Source of the DNA: an uncultured Candidatus Saccharibacteria bacterium
GTDB taxonomy: Bacteria; Patescibacteriota; Minisyncoccia; Phycocordibacterales; UBA12088
DNA: 51,005 nt
Reading direction: 5' to 3'
Assembly (NCBI GenBank): GCA_964459635.1
Contig: CAYWMQ010000005.1
Location: 1-51,005 of the forward strand
Every line of letters starts with the position of its first letter. The first letter of the stretch is position 1. The position numbers and the translations under genes are program-made. Shown one piece after another: positions 1 to 9,262 of the stretch. The notes under the pieces are model-generated. The model was given only the letters and a program-made list of their open reading frames with translations, had not been told where the DNA came from and searched no databases.

Positions 1-66
1 CTGGTCTTGTTGTATTTCAACGGTTTTTGATGGGGAGAAGTGCGGGCACTTCAGTTGTCCGTGTGG

Positions 67-94
67 TTGACAGATGTGCAAATTTGTTGATAAT
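67..94 (+). promoter_or_regulatory. sigma70-type promoter (TTGACA-16 nt-GATAAT)
   Basis: TTGACA at 67-72 and GATAAT at 89-94. This places the TSS near 101, upstream of the ATG at 186. Confidence 0.5.
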
Positions 95-185
95 GCGGCA
101 TAGCGAGTCAGGCACTCGTCGTATGTGCCAAGGGCACATACTCACCTCTTGCGCCCAAGTGGCGCATGTTCTTTGGGAGAAAGAG

Positions 186-1151
186 ATGTTAGAGCAACTT
201 CGCAGCCAGGCCGCTCTTGTTCAGATATCGCACACGCCCAGCCATGTATTTTTTGTCCGCGGAAAGACAGAGGAAGAACTATGGAAAAATGCACACTGGG
301 CAGTCCTAGATTTCGTGGAGCACCTAGTCGGTCAGTGTGCGCAGGACCCGCGGCAGATTGGACGCGTTACCGACCTTGCGCGAAATGCTGCGCGGTACGG
401 TAGGGAAGCGCTGGAGCTGCCCTCGCCTTATGAGTTGCGTAGCCCGGCCTGCTTCGACGTCCCCTACTTTCCGAAGCATCGGTGGGCCCTTTCCGCCACG
501 CAAGAGGGTGGCCTTGCACTCCACACCGCACAAAGTTTTGGGACCGATGTGGCCGTCATCAAGCGCGATGCGGATACGTTGGCCAAAATCGCAACGGGAG
601 GTGAGTACTCACCGCTCGTGCGCGCACTGGATGAGGTGCGAATGCGGGTAGCGCTTGAGCCTTGCATTCCTGCAAGCGACACCGAAGCAGAAGATGGTCG
701 GGACTGGTATGACCTTGGCCCGATCTTCGCACTGCTCAGTCAGGCGGGGCTCACGTGCAGCACGTCCACCGCTAACAGCAACGCGACTAGTGTAACTGTC
801 AAGTCCGATGTTGCCTCAATTACGTCTGCGATCTACCGGCGCTGGGTTGGGATGGGTACGGACATGTGGCTTACATGTGAGGGCTTTCCAGATCTACGCA
901 CCTCGTTTGATGTCGGTGATGAGGCAAACTCTGACCTCACAGAGACGGCACGAGCAGGCCTTGTGATGCACAAAGATACCCGGATCGGTGTGTATCGTCG
1001 AACTGGGTATTTTAAGCCGCTGCGGTGCGCACTTGTGCTTTCATGGAACGGTTTGGCACATGAGCCACTAAGCTATGCTCGACAGGAAGCCTGCTGCCGC
1101 GCAGCGTTGCGCGTCGAGCACCTTGCCGCGTTGCAGGCGCTCTCAGTCTAG
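186..1151 (+). CDS. hypothetical protein, no family recognised
   Basis: From ORF 27..1151. The first 53 codons are Arg/Cys-rich and overlap the predicted promoter. The ATG at 186 is preceded by GGGAGAAAGAG. A hairpin terminator follows the stop. Confidence 0.5.
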   Translation: MLEQLRSQAALVQISHTPSHVFFVRGKTEEELWKNAHWAVLDFVEHLVGQCAQDPRQIGRVTDLARNAARYGREALELPSPYELRSPACFDVPYFPKHRWALSATQEGGLALHTAQSFGTDVAVIKRDADTLAKIATGGEYSPLVRALDEVRMRVALEPCIPASDTEAEDGRDWYDLGPIFALLSQAGLTCSTSTANSNATSVTVKSDVASITSAIYRRWVGMGTDMWLTCEGFPDLRTSFDVGDEANSDLTETARAGLVMHKDTRIGVYRRTGYFKPLRCALVLSWNGLAHEPLSYARQEACCRAALRVEHLAALQALSV

Positions 1152-1155
1152 TGTT

Positions 1156-1190
1156 AGAGCCCCGGCGCATGCGCCGGGGCTCCCCTTTTG
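1156..1190 (+). terminator. rho-independent terminator-like hairpin
   Basis: GAGCCCCGGCGCATGCGCCGGGGCTC stem-loop followed by CCCTTTTGT. Confidence 0.65.
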
Positions 1191-1337
1191 TCATAAGTAG
1201 CGTACTATTATAGCTGTAGCTGTATTGTTTGCAGCTCTTATGTACCTGCCGCATGCAGGGAGTTTGAAATTTTGTATTTGGGATCAACTTCACGCATTCG
1301 TTGCATTCGCATAATTCGGAGATCAGTATCGTGTCCT

Positions 1338-1372
1338 CCTACTTTCTACCTTCTACTTACTACTTTCTACTT
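1338..1372. repeat. CT-rich word repeat (CTACTTTCTAC / CTACCTTCTACT) abutting the murI start
   Basis: CTACTTTCTAC occurs at 1339-1349 and 1360-1370, and CTACCTTCTACT at 1346-1357. The same 11-mer and 12-mer recur at 6553-6563 and 6567-6578. Confidence 0.8.
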
Positions 1373-1376
1373 CGCA

Positions 1377-2138
1377 ATGATCGGCATCTTCGACTCAGGC
1401 TCCGGCGGACTTTCGGTCTTAAAGGCTCTGCGTGAGCGCGCGCCCGAGGCGGACGTGCTTTATTTCGGCGACCTCGCCAATGCGCCGTATGGCAACAAGA
1501 GCAGGGAAGAGCTTGGAGCACTCACGGTACTTGGCATTCAGAAATTGATAGAGGAAGGGGTGCGCGAAATAGTGAGTGCATGCAACAGCGTCTCCGTCTC
1601 CATCGTACTTCCCATGTTTGACATTCTCGACCTGCCGCGCGCGTCTCTCATAGAAATGGTGGGTCCGACCGTCGCCTCCTTTCGTGGACAGGAAGCGCGC
1701 GTGCTTGTGGCAGCCACAAAAGCAACCATAGAGAGCGGTGCATACCAAGACGGCTTTCGGCTGGTTGGTGTGCAAGCAGAAGGAGTGGCGATACCTGAGC
1801 TCGTGGCGCTCATAGAGAGCGGTGCGCCTGATGAGGAGATGTACCCGCTCATACATGAGGTGCTCGCGCCCCATGCGCATACGCAGTACACGCACGTGCT
1901 CCTCGGCTGCACACACTTTCCGCTCGTGCGACACCTCTTCAAGGACGCAACGCAGGAGCTCGCGATGGATGTGAAGCTCTTTGATCCTGCAGAGCCTGTG
2001 GCGGACGCTGTCGCTGCTCGCTTTCATACCAACGGGATGGGGCGCAGTCGTTTCCTCATTACCGCAGAAAGCCCTGTTTTTCGGGACCATGTAGCCCGCC
2101 AACTTGGCGGTGCGCATGAGCTAGAGGTGCTCGCGTAA
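1377..2138 (+). CDS. murI: glutamate racemase
   Basis: The N-terminus MIGIFDSGSGGLSVLKAL is a typical MurI start. LLGCTHFPL supplies the second catalytic Cys motif. The ATG at 1377 lies inside ORF 1272..2138. Confidence 0.9.
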   Translation: MIGIFDSGSGGLSVLKALRERAPEADVLYFGDLANAPYGNKSREELGALTVLGIQKLIEEGVREIVSACNSVSVSIVLPMFDILDLPRASLIEMVGPTVASFRGQEARVLVAATKATIESGAYQDGFRLVGVQAEGVAIPELVALIESGAPDEEMYPLIHEVLAPHAHTQYTHVLLGCTHFPLVRHLFKDATQELAMDVKLFDPAEPVADAVAARFHTNGMGRSRFLITAESPVFRDHVARQLGGAHELEVLA

Positions 2139-2161
2139 AGCACAAAAAATCTGTACGATAC

Positions 2162-2962
2162 ATGGGTATGCTGCGCACCGCCGTACGAACATTCGTTGAA
2201 CGTAAAGCCTTCGAGCGCGTCATTGTCGCGGTCATAGTAGTAAATGCCATTACCTTGGGGCTGGAAACGTACCCGGGTCTCATGGAAAGCTACGGCACGT
2301 ACTTGCGGCTCATCGACAAGGTGGCCTTCGGTGTGTTCTTTGTGGAGTTTGTGCTCAAGCTCTCCGCGTACGGGCGCGCGTACTGGAAAAATAGCTGGAA
2401 CATTTTTGACTTCACCGTGCTCTTTTTCACCGCTATCCCGTACCTCGGCTACGCAGGTCTTGGGAACCTCACCGTGCTGCGCGCGATACGCATTCTCCGC
2501 GCGCTGCGGCTTGTGACGGTCGTGCCGGAGTTTCGTAAGGTGGTGGGCACCCTTGTGTACAGCGTGAAGGGTGTGGGTGCGGTCGCCGGTGTTCTCGTGC
2601 TCGTGCTCTACATATCGAGCGTGCTCGCAAGTAAACTATTCGGTACCATTGCGCCTGAGACCTTTGGATCGCTCGGGCCGGCAATGCTCTCCCTCTTTAC
2701 CATTATGACCCTCGAGGGTTGGCGCGAGATAGCGGACCCTGTCGCGGCGGTGTACCCGATGGCATATGCGTTTTTCATCGGCTTCATACTCATCGGCGCG
2801 TTCGTATTGTTCAACTTGCTCATCACCGTGCTCATGGCGGCGAGCGAGCGCCAGCAGGAAGAGGAACGCAAGCGCGAGCGTGCGACACAAGAGGAGCTTG
2901 AGCAAAAGATAGACGAGCTGCGAGAGATGCTGCGTGAAGTGTTGGCGGCACGTGAAAAGTAA
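2162..2962 (+). CDS. voltage-gated ion channel, single-domain bacterial NaV (NaChBac)-like
   Basis: Six-TM layout. S4 segment LRAIRILRALRLV has Arg at every third position. Pore motif is FTIMTLEGWREIA. The C-terminus is a charged coiled coil. Confidence 0.75.
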   Translation: MGMLRTAVRTFVERKAFERVIVAVIVVNAITLGLETYPGLMESYGTYLRLIDKVAFGVFFVEFVLKLSAYGRAYWKNSWNIFDFTVLFFTAIPYLGYAGLGNLTVLRAIRILRALRLVTVVPEFRKVVGTLVYSVKGVGAVAGVLVLVLYISSVLASKLFGTIAPETFGSLGPAMLSLFTIMTLEGWREIADPVAAVYPMAYAFFIGFILIGAFVLFNLLITVLMAASERQQEEERKRERATQEELEQKIDELREMLREVLAAREK

Positions 2963-2963
2963 T

Positions 2964-4322
2964 ATGTCCTACGCGTCCATATTTGAAGGCAAAAGAATAA
3001 CTCAGCTCGGTTTGGGGCTTTTGGGGCGTGGGGTGGGGGATGCCGCGTGGCTCGCGAGGGCGGGTACGGAGCTTTTGGTCACGGACATGAAGAGTGCCGA
3101 GGAGCTTGCGCCATCTCTCTCAGAGCTCAGTGTGTATCCGAATATTACGTATAGGCTCGGTGAGCATCGCAAAGAAGACTTCCGCGGGCGCGACCTCATT
3201 TTGAAAGGCCCGGGCGTACGGCTTGACTCACCCTATGTAGCGGAGGCTCGCGCGCACGGCGTGCCGGTAGACATGAGCGCATCACTCTTTGCGCGTATCG
3301 CAGACATACCTATTGTTGGCGTCACGGGCACGCGCGGCAAGTCCACGGTGACGCACCTTATTGATACAATACTTCGCGCGGACAGGCGCAAAACTCTTTT
3401 AGGTGGGAACGTGCGGGGTGTGTCCAACCTCTCTCTGTTTGATGTCGTTACGCCGGAGCATATTGGTGTATTCGAGCTTGACTCGTGGCAGTGCCAGGGC
3501 TTTGGCGAGGAGCGCTCGCTCGCTATGCCGGGTGTGCGGCAGGGGCCGTTCTCGCCGCAGGTAGCGGTGTTCACGACCTTCATGACGGACCACATGAACT
3601 ACTACCCGGACATGGATACGTACTTGCACGACAAGGCACAGATCTTCTTACATCAAGACAGCGAGGATACACTCGTGGTAGGGCGGCAGGCACTGCAGTG
3701 GCTTGATCCATACAAGCGGGACGTGCGCTCGCACGTGGTCGTTGCCGATGCGTCCAGTGTGCCAAAGGGCTGGCAGCCAAAGCTCCCGGGTGAGCACAAT
3801 AGATATAACATCGGCTGTGCACTTGAGGCGGTGCGCGTCATGGGCGTGGAAGACGAGGTGACGCGTGCCGTGGTGGAGTCTTTTGAGGCGCTCCCCGGCC
3901 GCACGCAGTTTGTGCGCGAGCGTGAAGGGGTGCGGATCTACAACGACACAAATGCCACTACGCCGGACGCCACGCTCGCATCGCTGCGCGCACTCGATTC
4001 CGAGGGCAAAAAGAACATTGTTCTCATCATGGGTGGCGCGGATAAGGGTCTCGATATGTCGCCGCTCTTAGGCGAGCTCTCGTTGCACGCGAAAGCCGTG
4101 GTACTCCTTAAGGGTACTGGCACAGGCAAACTCGACCTGCATGGTCTTGGACTTGATACCACGACCGTGGATACGCTCGTGGAAGCGGTCGACGCCGCGC
4201 TTGCGCGTGCAGGGCAGGGCGACAGTGTTTTGTTCTCTCCCGCCTTCGCTAGCTTTGGGATGTTTAGGAACGAGTATGATAGAGGGGAACAGTTCAACGC
4301 GCTAGTAACGAGTATCGAGTAA
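2964..4322 (+). CDS. murD: UDP-N-acetylmuramoylalanine--D-glutamate ligase
   Basis: P-loop GVTGTRGKST and Mur ligase middle and C-terminal domain order, ending in FSPAFASFGMFRNEYDRGEQF. The ATG at 2964 falls 1 nt after the upstream stop. Confidence 0.85.
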   Translation: MSYASIFEGKRITQLGLGLLGRGVGDAAWLARAGTELLVTDMKSAEELAPSLSELSVYPNITYRLGEHRKEDFRGRDLILKGPGVRLDSPYVAEARAHGVPVDMSASLFARIADIPIVGVTGTRGKSTVTHLIDTILRADRRKTLLGGNVRGVSNLSLFDVVTPEHIGVFELDSWQCQGFGEERSLAMPGVRQGPFSPQVAVFTTFMTDHMNYYPDMDTYLHDKAQIFLHQDSEDTLVVGRQALQWLDPYKRDVRSHVVVADASSVPKGWQPKLPGEHNRYNIGCALEAVRVMGVEDEVTRAVVESFEALPGRTQFVREREGVRIYNDTNATTPDATLASLRALDSEGKKNIVLIMGGADKGLDMSPLLGELSLHAKAVVLLKGTGTGKLDLHGLGLDTTTVDTLVEAVDAALARAGQGDSVLFSPAFASFGMFRNEYDRGEQFNALVTSIE

Positions 4323-4336
4323 CAGGTATACGAGAA

Positions 4337-4825
4337 GTGAACAGTATGAATGTGCGCTTTGTAACGTCAGATGAAATACGTGAGTCAATAGAGGCGCTCT
4401 TTAGCGACGAGATACGTAAGCTTCAAAGGCTGGTTCCATGGGCAACAATTGACCATGTGGGCGGCACTGCGGTGCCAGGGTTACGCACCAAAGGTGACTT
4501 GGACATTTGTGTGCGCGTTGGTGCGGAAGAGTTTGAGAAAGCCGTCGAACTCCTGCGTGCGCGTTACGAGGTGAATCAGGTGCACAACTGGACACCAACG
4601 TACGCAAGCTTTAAGGATGACTCCCGTGACCTTGGGATACAGCTGTGCGTGCGAGATAGCGTAGACGATTACTTTGTTGCCCAGCGCGACTATCTGCGGG
4701 AAAACCCGGACGCGGTCGCGGAACTGAACACATTGAAATTGAAATACGAAGGCGCAGCCATGGACGCGTATCGAGAAGCAAAGAATGATTTTTTTCGTTC
4801 GCTCAAGCTAACCTATGAAAATTGA
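4337..4825 (+). CDS. GrpB/UPF0157 family nucleotidyltransferase-fold protein
   Basis: IDHVGGTAVPGLRTKGDLDI motif and size are typical of the GrpB domain. The start could also be the ATG at 4346. Confidence 0.6.
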   Translation: MNSMNVRFVTSDEIRESIEALFSDEIRKLQRLVPWATIDHVGGTAVPGLRTKGDLDICVRVGAEEFEKAVELLRARYEVNQVHNWTPTYASFKDDSRDLGIQLCVRDSVDDYFVAQRDYLRENPDAVAELNTLKLKYEGAAMDAYREAKNDFFRSLKLTYEN

Positions 4826-5291
4826 CGAGTATTTAGAGCAGCACGGTATTGCGTATGAACGCTTTGAGCATGCGCCGGTGTATACCGTAGAAGAGGCTGC
4901 CGTGACGTGTGCGCACGTGCCGGGCATTCGATGCAAGAACATATTCGTACGGACCAAGAAAAAGGATCGTCTCATACTCGTGGTGTTACCGGCCAGGAAA
5001 GAACTCAGCCTATTTGAACTTGCAGAAAAGCTTGAGACAAAGAAGCTTGGCTTGGCTACGCGGGAAGACCTCATGCGATACCTTCACGTTGAGCCTGGCG
5101 CTGTGTCGCCGCTCGGCCTTGTCTATGACGCAGACTGCCGCGTGGAGCTCGTGGTTGACAAGGATGTCGCTGATGCGCCGAATGTGAGCTTTCACCCTAA
5201 CAAGAACACGGTGTCATTCGTATTCACGCGTGACATGTTCGCTCGGTACCTTGCAACTCTCACACAAAAAGTTACTGTACAAGAGCTCTAG
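4815..5291 (+). CDS. YbaK/ProX-type aminoacyl-tRNA editing (deacylase) domain protein
   Basis: 158 aa, with MKIDEYLEQHGIAYERFEH...GAVSPLGL resembling the prolyl-tRNA synthetase associated domain. Overlaps the upstream gene by 11 nt. Confidence 0.65.
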   Translation: MKIDEYLEQHGIAYERFEHAPVYTVEEAAVTCAHVPGIRCKNIFVRTKKKDRLILVVLPARKELSLFELAEKLETKKLGLATREDLMRYLHVEPGAVSPLGLVYDADCRVELVVDKDVADAPNVSFHPNKNTVSFVFTRDMFARYLATLTQKVTVQEL

Positions 5292-5351
5292 TGTACTCCC
5301 GTGCAGGCTTTTTTTACTTCCCCCTTCTTACTGATCACTTCTCGCTCGGAC

Positions 5352-6659
5352 ATGAATATTCACATGGTAGGCATCGGTGGTATAGGCATGAGCGCACTCG
5401 CGCAGCTTTATCATGTGCGCGGGGATACTGTAAGCGGGTCCGACCGAAGCGCATCGCCCGTGACCGACTTACTAGCAGGGCAGGGTATCGTGGTGACGCT
5501 GCACCATGACGCTGACAACGTGCCGGAGGCATGTGACCTGCTGGTGTACTCGGACGCAGTGCCTGAGGATAATGCAGAGCGTGTGCGAGCCGGGGAACGG
5601 GGCGTGCGCGAATGTTCGTATTTTGACGCGCTCGGCGAGGCTACCGCTACGGGCAGGTCTATTGTCGTGTCCGGGACGCATGGAAAAACGACGACGACCG
5701 CAATGCTTGCCAAGATGCTCATTGAGGCAGGGAAGCAGCCTACGGTGATATGCGGCTCCTTAATGAGCGAGTATGGGTCCAACTTTGTTTCTGGCCGCGA
5801 CGACCTGTACGTCATCGAAGGGTGCGAGTATCGCCGCCACTTCACGAAGCTTCATCCGCATATCTTCGTCATTACAAACATAGAGTACGACCACACAGAC
5901 TATTACAAAGATCTTGATGATCTCGTAAGCGCGTTTGGGGACGTGGCGCGGACCGTGCCCGAAGATGGCGCTATCATAGCAGACACGATGAGTGCGAGCG
6001 CGCGTGCGGCGCTCCATCGAGTGAAAGCGCGTGTGGTACCATACCCCGGCGTGTCCGTGCCGGCGCTCAACGTGCCGGGCGCCTTCAATGTCGCAAACGC
6101 GCGTGCCGCTAAGGCTGCGGCGCTTGCGTATGACCCTAACCTCTCGGAGGAGGTACTTGATCACTCGCTCGCCGCCTTTCACGGCACGTGGCGACGCTTT
6201 GAGTACAAGGGTACGACCAAAGATGGAGCGCTTGTATATGATGACTATGCTCATCATCCCACCGCGATACGCGCAACGCTTGAAATGGCCCGCAACGAAT
6301 TTCCCGAAAAAAAACTTGTGGTCGCATTTCACCCGCACTTGTACTCGCGTACTCGCGACCTTATGGACGGCTTTGTGGAGTCTCTGGCCTTGGCCGATGA
6401 GGTACTTCTTGCGCCTATTTACCCGGCACGGGAGGCGCCGATACCGGGCGTGACAAGTGCGGCATTAGCCGAAAAGATTGCCTCCCGCGGTACCCGCGCC
6501 CATGCGTTTGCATCACTAGACGAAGTTGAGCTAGCGTTGCGGAACTCCCATTCTACTTTCTACTTGCTACCTTCTACTCTGCTTATTACCATGGGTGCCG
6601 GGGACATATTCCACGTGGCCGATGTGCTTACCGAGCACACGAGAAGTCCACATGCGTAA
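5352..6659 (+). CDS. murC: UDP-N-acetylmuramate--L-alanine ligase
   Basis: MNIHMVGIGGIGMSALA Rossmann start, P-loop GTHGKTTTT, and the YAHHPT and MGAGDI motifs. Confidence 0.9.
   Translation: MNIHMVGIGGIGMSALAQLYHVRGDTVSGSDRSASPVTDLLAGQGIVVTLHHDADNVPEACDLLVYSDAVPEDNAERVRAGERGVRECSYFDALGEATATGRSIVVSGTHGKTTTTAMLAKMLIEAGKQPTVICGSLMSEYGSNFVSGRDDLYVIEGCEYRRHFTKLHPHIFVITNIEYDHTDYYKDLDDLVSAFGDVARTVPEDGAIIADTMSASARAALHRVKARVVPYPGVSVPALNVPGAFNVANARAAKAAALAYDPNLSEEVLDHSLAAFHGTWRRFEYKGTTKDGALVYDDYAHHPTAIRATLEMARNEFPEKKLVVAFHPHLYSRTRDLMDGFVESLALADEVLLAPIYPAREAPIPGVTSAALAEKIASRGTRAHAFASLDEVELALRNSHSTFYLLPSTLLITMGAGDIFHVADVLTEHTRSPHA
6551..6580. repeat. CT-rich word repeat inside the murC 3' end
   Basis: TTCTACTTTCTACTTGCTACCTTCTACTCT shares exact 11-mer and 12-mer words with 1338-1372. 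It is in frame and encodes HSTFYLLPSTL. Confidence 0.8.
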
Positions 6660-6735
6660 GCACGCACACGTGTCTCAGTGTGATATCGTTAAAGAAGCGC
6701 TTCTCATGCAAGTGGAGCGCGTAACATTCTTACAT

Positions 6736-7143
6736 ATGTCGCGTCTACATGTGCATTTTGATCGTCTCTTATCCATATGCGTCGCACAGAGTCTGCCGCT
6801 CTTGAGTTTGTGCATGCCGCTCTTGGCTTCCGCCGCAGCGGACGAGCCGGCACGTGCCGACTTTGCGTACGGCACGGGTGTGCTTACATCGGTGGCGGGA
6901 ATTGTCAATTTTCTCGTGCCGCTTCTCATCGCGGTTGCGCTCGCCTTGTTTCTTTGGGGTGTGGTTTCTTTTCTTGCATCATCGGGCAACGAAGAAGCTC
7001 GGCGAGAAGGCGGAAAGCGCATAGTGTGGGGAGTGGTCGCACTTTTTGTTGCCGTTTCAGTGTGGGGGCTGGTGGGTCTCATAAATCAGATCACGGGCAT
7101 TGAGGCCGGGGGTGGCATCGAGCTTCCACAAACGGGGCTCTAG
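6736..7143 (+). CDS. small secreted/membrane protein, TrbC/VirB2-like (T4SS-pilin-like) family common in CPR
   Basis: Signal-like N-terminus ending ASAAA, then two TM helices separated by SSGNEEARREGGKRI. The start is uncertain; 6706 and 6652 are also possible. Confidence 0.55.
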   Translation: MSRLHVHFDRLLSICVAQSLPLLSLCMPLLASAAADEPARADFAYGTGVLTSVAGIVNFLVPLLIAVALALFLWGVVSFLASSGNEEARREGGKRIVWGVVALFVAVSVWGLVGLINQITGIEAGGGIELPQTGL

Positions 7144-7150
7144 CAGCACG

Positions 7151-7159
7151 TGATATACT
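7151..7159 (+). promoter_or_regulatory. extended -10 (TGATATACT) 6 nt upstream of the LOG start codon
   Basis: TG at 7151-7152, TATACT at 7154-7159, ATG at 7166. Confidence 0.45.
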
Positions 7160-7165
7160 TCTCAA

Positions 7166-7906
7166 ATGACAGACACTTCGCAGGTTCCGCAAAAGCCAGA
7201 ACGCTTGCACGAGCTTCTTCAGCAGGGCGACGAGGACGTGTCGGCGACAAGCTGGCGTATCTTTCGCATCATGGCCGAGTTTGTGTCCGGCTTTGAGCTT
7301 CTTCGTCGGTACCGCCTTGCGGTGAGCGTTTTTGGCTCTGCGCGGGCCATGCCCGGAGACCACTGGTACGAGGAGTCGCATAAGCTTGGCTATGCGCTTG
7401 CGAAGAGCGGCTTTGCAGTCATTACGGGCGGGGGAGGGGGCATCATGAGCGCTGCAAATAAGGGGGCGTACGAAGCAGGTGGAGATTCCGTGGGCTTGAA
7501 TATTCGTCTTCCGCGAGAGCAGAGACTAAACGGGTACGTGACCGAAAGTGAAACATTCCACTTTTTCTTTACGCGCAAGGTCATGCTTTCATTTGCGAGC
7601 GAGGTATACGTCTATTTTCCCGGCGGGTTTGGTACGCTCGACGAGTTTTTCGAGTTGCTCACGCTTGTCCAGACAAAAAAGATACCTGTCATCCCCATTA
7701 TTCTCGTGGGCCGTGACTTTTGGCAGCCCCTGCTGGACTGGTTTCATGCGGTCCTTGTGGAGCGCGAACATGCCGTGGAAGCGCACGAGCTGCGCCTGTA
7801 CCATCTGGTAGAAAGCGTGGAGGAGGCACATGCACTCATCATGGAACTGGACGGTGTGCATAAGCGCGGCGGCCGTCGTCTGCACACGGAACTTCCGCAC
7901 GCATAA
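7166..7906 (+). CDS. LOG family (TIGR00730) nucleotide phosphoribohydrolase
   Basis: GGGGGIMSAANKGA and PGGFGTLDEFFE motifs. Confidence 0.85.
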   Translation: MTDTSQVPQKPERLHELLQQGDEDVSATSWRIFRIMAEFVSGFELLRRYRLAVSVFGSARAMPGDHWYEESHKLGYALAKSGFAVITGGGGGIMSAANKGAYEAGGDSVGLNIRLPREQRLNGYVTESETFHFFFTRKVMLSFASEVYVYFPGGFGTLDEFFELLTLVQTKKIPVIPIILVGRDFWQPLLDWFHAVLVEREHAVEAHELRLYHLVESVEEAHALIMELDGVHKRGGRRLHTELPHA

Positions 7907-8011
7907 ACAACACGCATGCAGATACGCACCACAGACACAGGGCTTCCGACGAGCGTGTTGAGTCGCGCATCCGCACGGCTCAACGGATCCGTGTCGCGTG
8001 CTCAGAAGGGG

Positions 8012-9208
8012 ATGTGCGATTTTTCGTACACCGTACCGGAGAGTGCACTCGCGTGTCCTTTTGATGAGTCACTGCTTGTGGCCACAACCGAGCTCTCCGG
8101 TACATTTCGAGATGAACTCAAGGTCGTGGTGCTTGTCGGTATTGGCGGCTCCAACCTGGGGCTCAGTGCGCTCTACCGCGCGTGTGGCGCGGCTACCCAT
8201 GCGTCTCCGCATGCGCCCATACTTGTGATGCTTGACACTGTCTCCCCGCGCATTTTGGATGAGCTTCGGGCGTGCATCGAAGGACTGAGTACACCAAAAG
8301 AAATCGTGCTCGTCGTGATCTCCAAATCAGGCTCGACCGCGGAAACGCGCGTAAACGCAGAGGCCGCATACGGTATGCTTCGCACCAAGTGGGGTGAAGA
8401 AGCCGCAGTGTCGCGTACTATTGTGTTGTCTGAGGCGTACGTGCCGCTTGCGCGCGAAGCTCGTGCGCGTGGCTTTACGCACGTTGCGCTGCCGGCCGCG
8501 GTGGGCGGTAGGTGGAGCGTTTTCAGTGCGGTGGGGCTTGTGCCCGCGCTTCTTCTTGGGTTGGACGCGAGCGGTTTTCTTGAGGGCGCGAGGGCGGGGA
8601 TACGGGCCGCTGTGGCACATGGGCACATGAACCCGGCCCTTCAACTCGCGGTCATGCGCGCGGAGTACTACGCGCTTGGGTACACCGCTCATGATGTATT
8701 TGTGTTCGAACCTGTGTTCGCCGAGCTCGGCGCGTGGCTGCGACAGCTCCTGGGGGAGAGTCTGGGCAAAACATCCGTTCACGGAGAGCGAATGGGCATT
8801 AGTCCGAGCGTACTTGTCGGCTCAACAGATCTTCACTCAATGGGACAGCTTGTGTTTGGCGGTCCGCGCAACAGGACGACTACTTTCCTGTCAGTGCCCG
8901 CACAGTGGTCGCAAGGCCCTAGGATGGAGACGGCCTTTGGTCCATTCACTGTGTCCGGCATGGAAGGTAAGCCGGCAGGCGCACTCATGCGGGCGATCTA
9001 CGGCGGGACGGTGGCTGCCTATCGACACGAACAGCTGCCGTTCGTGGAGGTGGAGCTTGCTGCACTGACCGCGCGCGAGGTGGGCGCATACATGGCTCTT
9101 GAGATGGTGTCCACCATGTACCTTGCCCAGTTACTTGAGGTCAACGCCTTCGATCAGCCTGCTGTTGAGGCGTATAAGACTGAGACGAGAAAAATCCTGA
9201 CCTCTTGA
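8012..9208 (+). CDS. pgi: glucose-6-phosphate isomerase (short SIS-domain type)
   Basis: GIGGSNLG and ISKSGSTAET motifs. The ATG at 8012 is preceded by GAAGGGG. The ORF track begins at 7916. Confidence 0.8.
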   Translation: MCDFSYTVPESALACPFDESLLVATTELSGTFRDELKVVVLVGIGGSNLGLSALYRACGAATHASPHAPILVMLDTVSPRILDELRACIEGLSTPKEIVLVVISKSGSTAETRVNAEAAYGMLRTKWGEEAAVSRTIVLSEAYVPLAREARARGFTHVALPAAVGGRWSVFSAVGLVPALLLGLDASGFLEGARAGIRAAVAHGHMNPALQLAVMRAEYYALGYTAHDVFVFEPVFAELGAWLRQLLGESLGKTSVHGERMGISPSVLVGSTDLHSMGQLVFGGPRNRTTTFLSVPAQWSQGPRMETAFGPFTVSGMEGKPAGALMRAIYGGTVAAYRHEQLPFVEVELAALTAREVGAYMALEMVSTMYLAQLLEVNAFDQPAVEAYKTETRKILTS

Positions 9209-9262
9209 TGAGTGCTAAGGCTTACGTAACCCTAATAACAGGCTGGTAGGAAATCCGAGTTT

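Noticed and set aside
27-185. The N-terminal extension of the first ORF (start at TTG 27 / ATG 30).
   Set aside because: The extension is Arg/Cys-rich and contains a good TTGACA-16-GATAAT promoter (67-94), which would place the TSS downstream of these codons. The ATG at 186 is preferred. The gene could still begin earlier if that promoter is not used.
9211-9219. GAGTGCTAA, the right half of a CIRCE heat-shock operator, just after the pgi stop.
   Set aside because: No TTAGCACTC half-site lies 9 nt upstream, and the location is unrelated to chaperone genes. Chance match.
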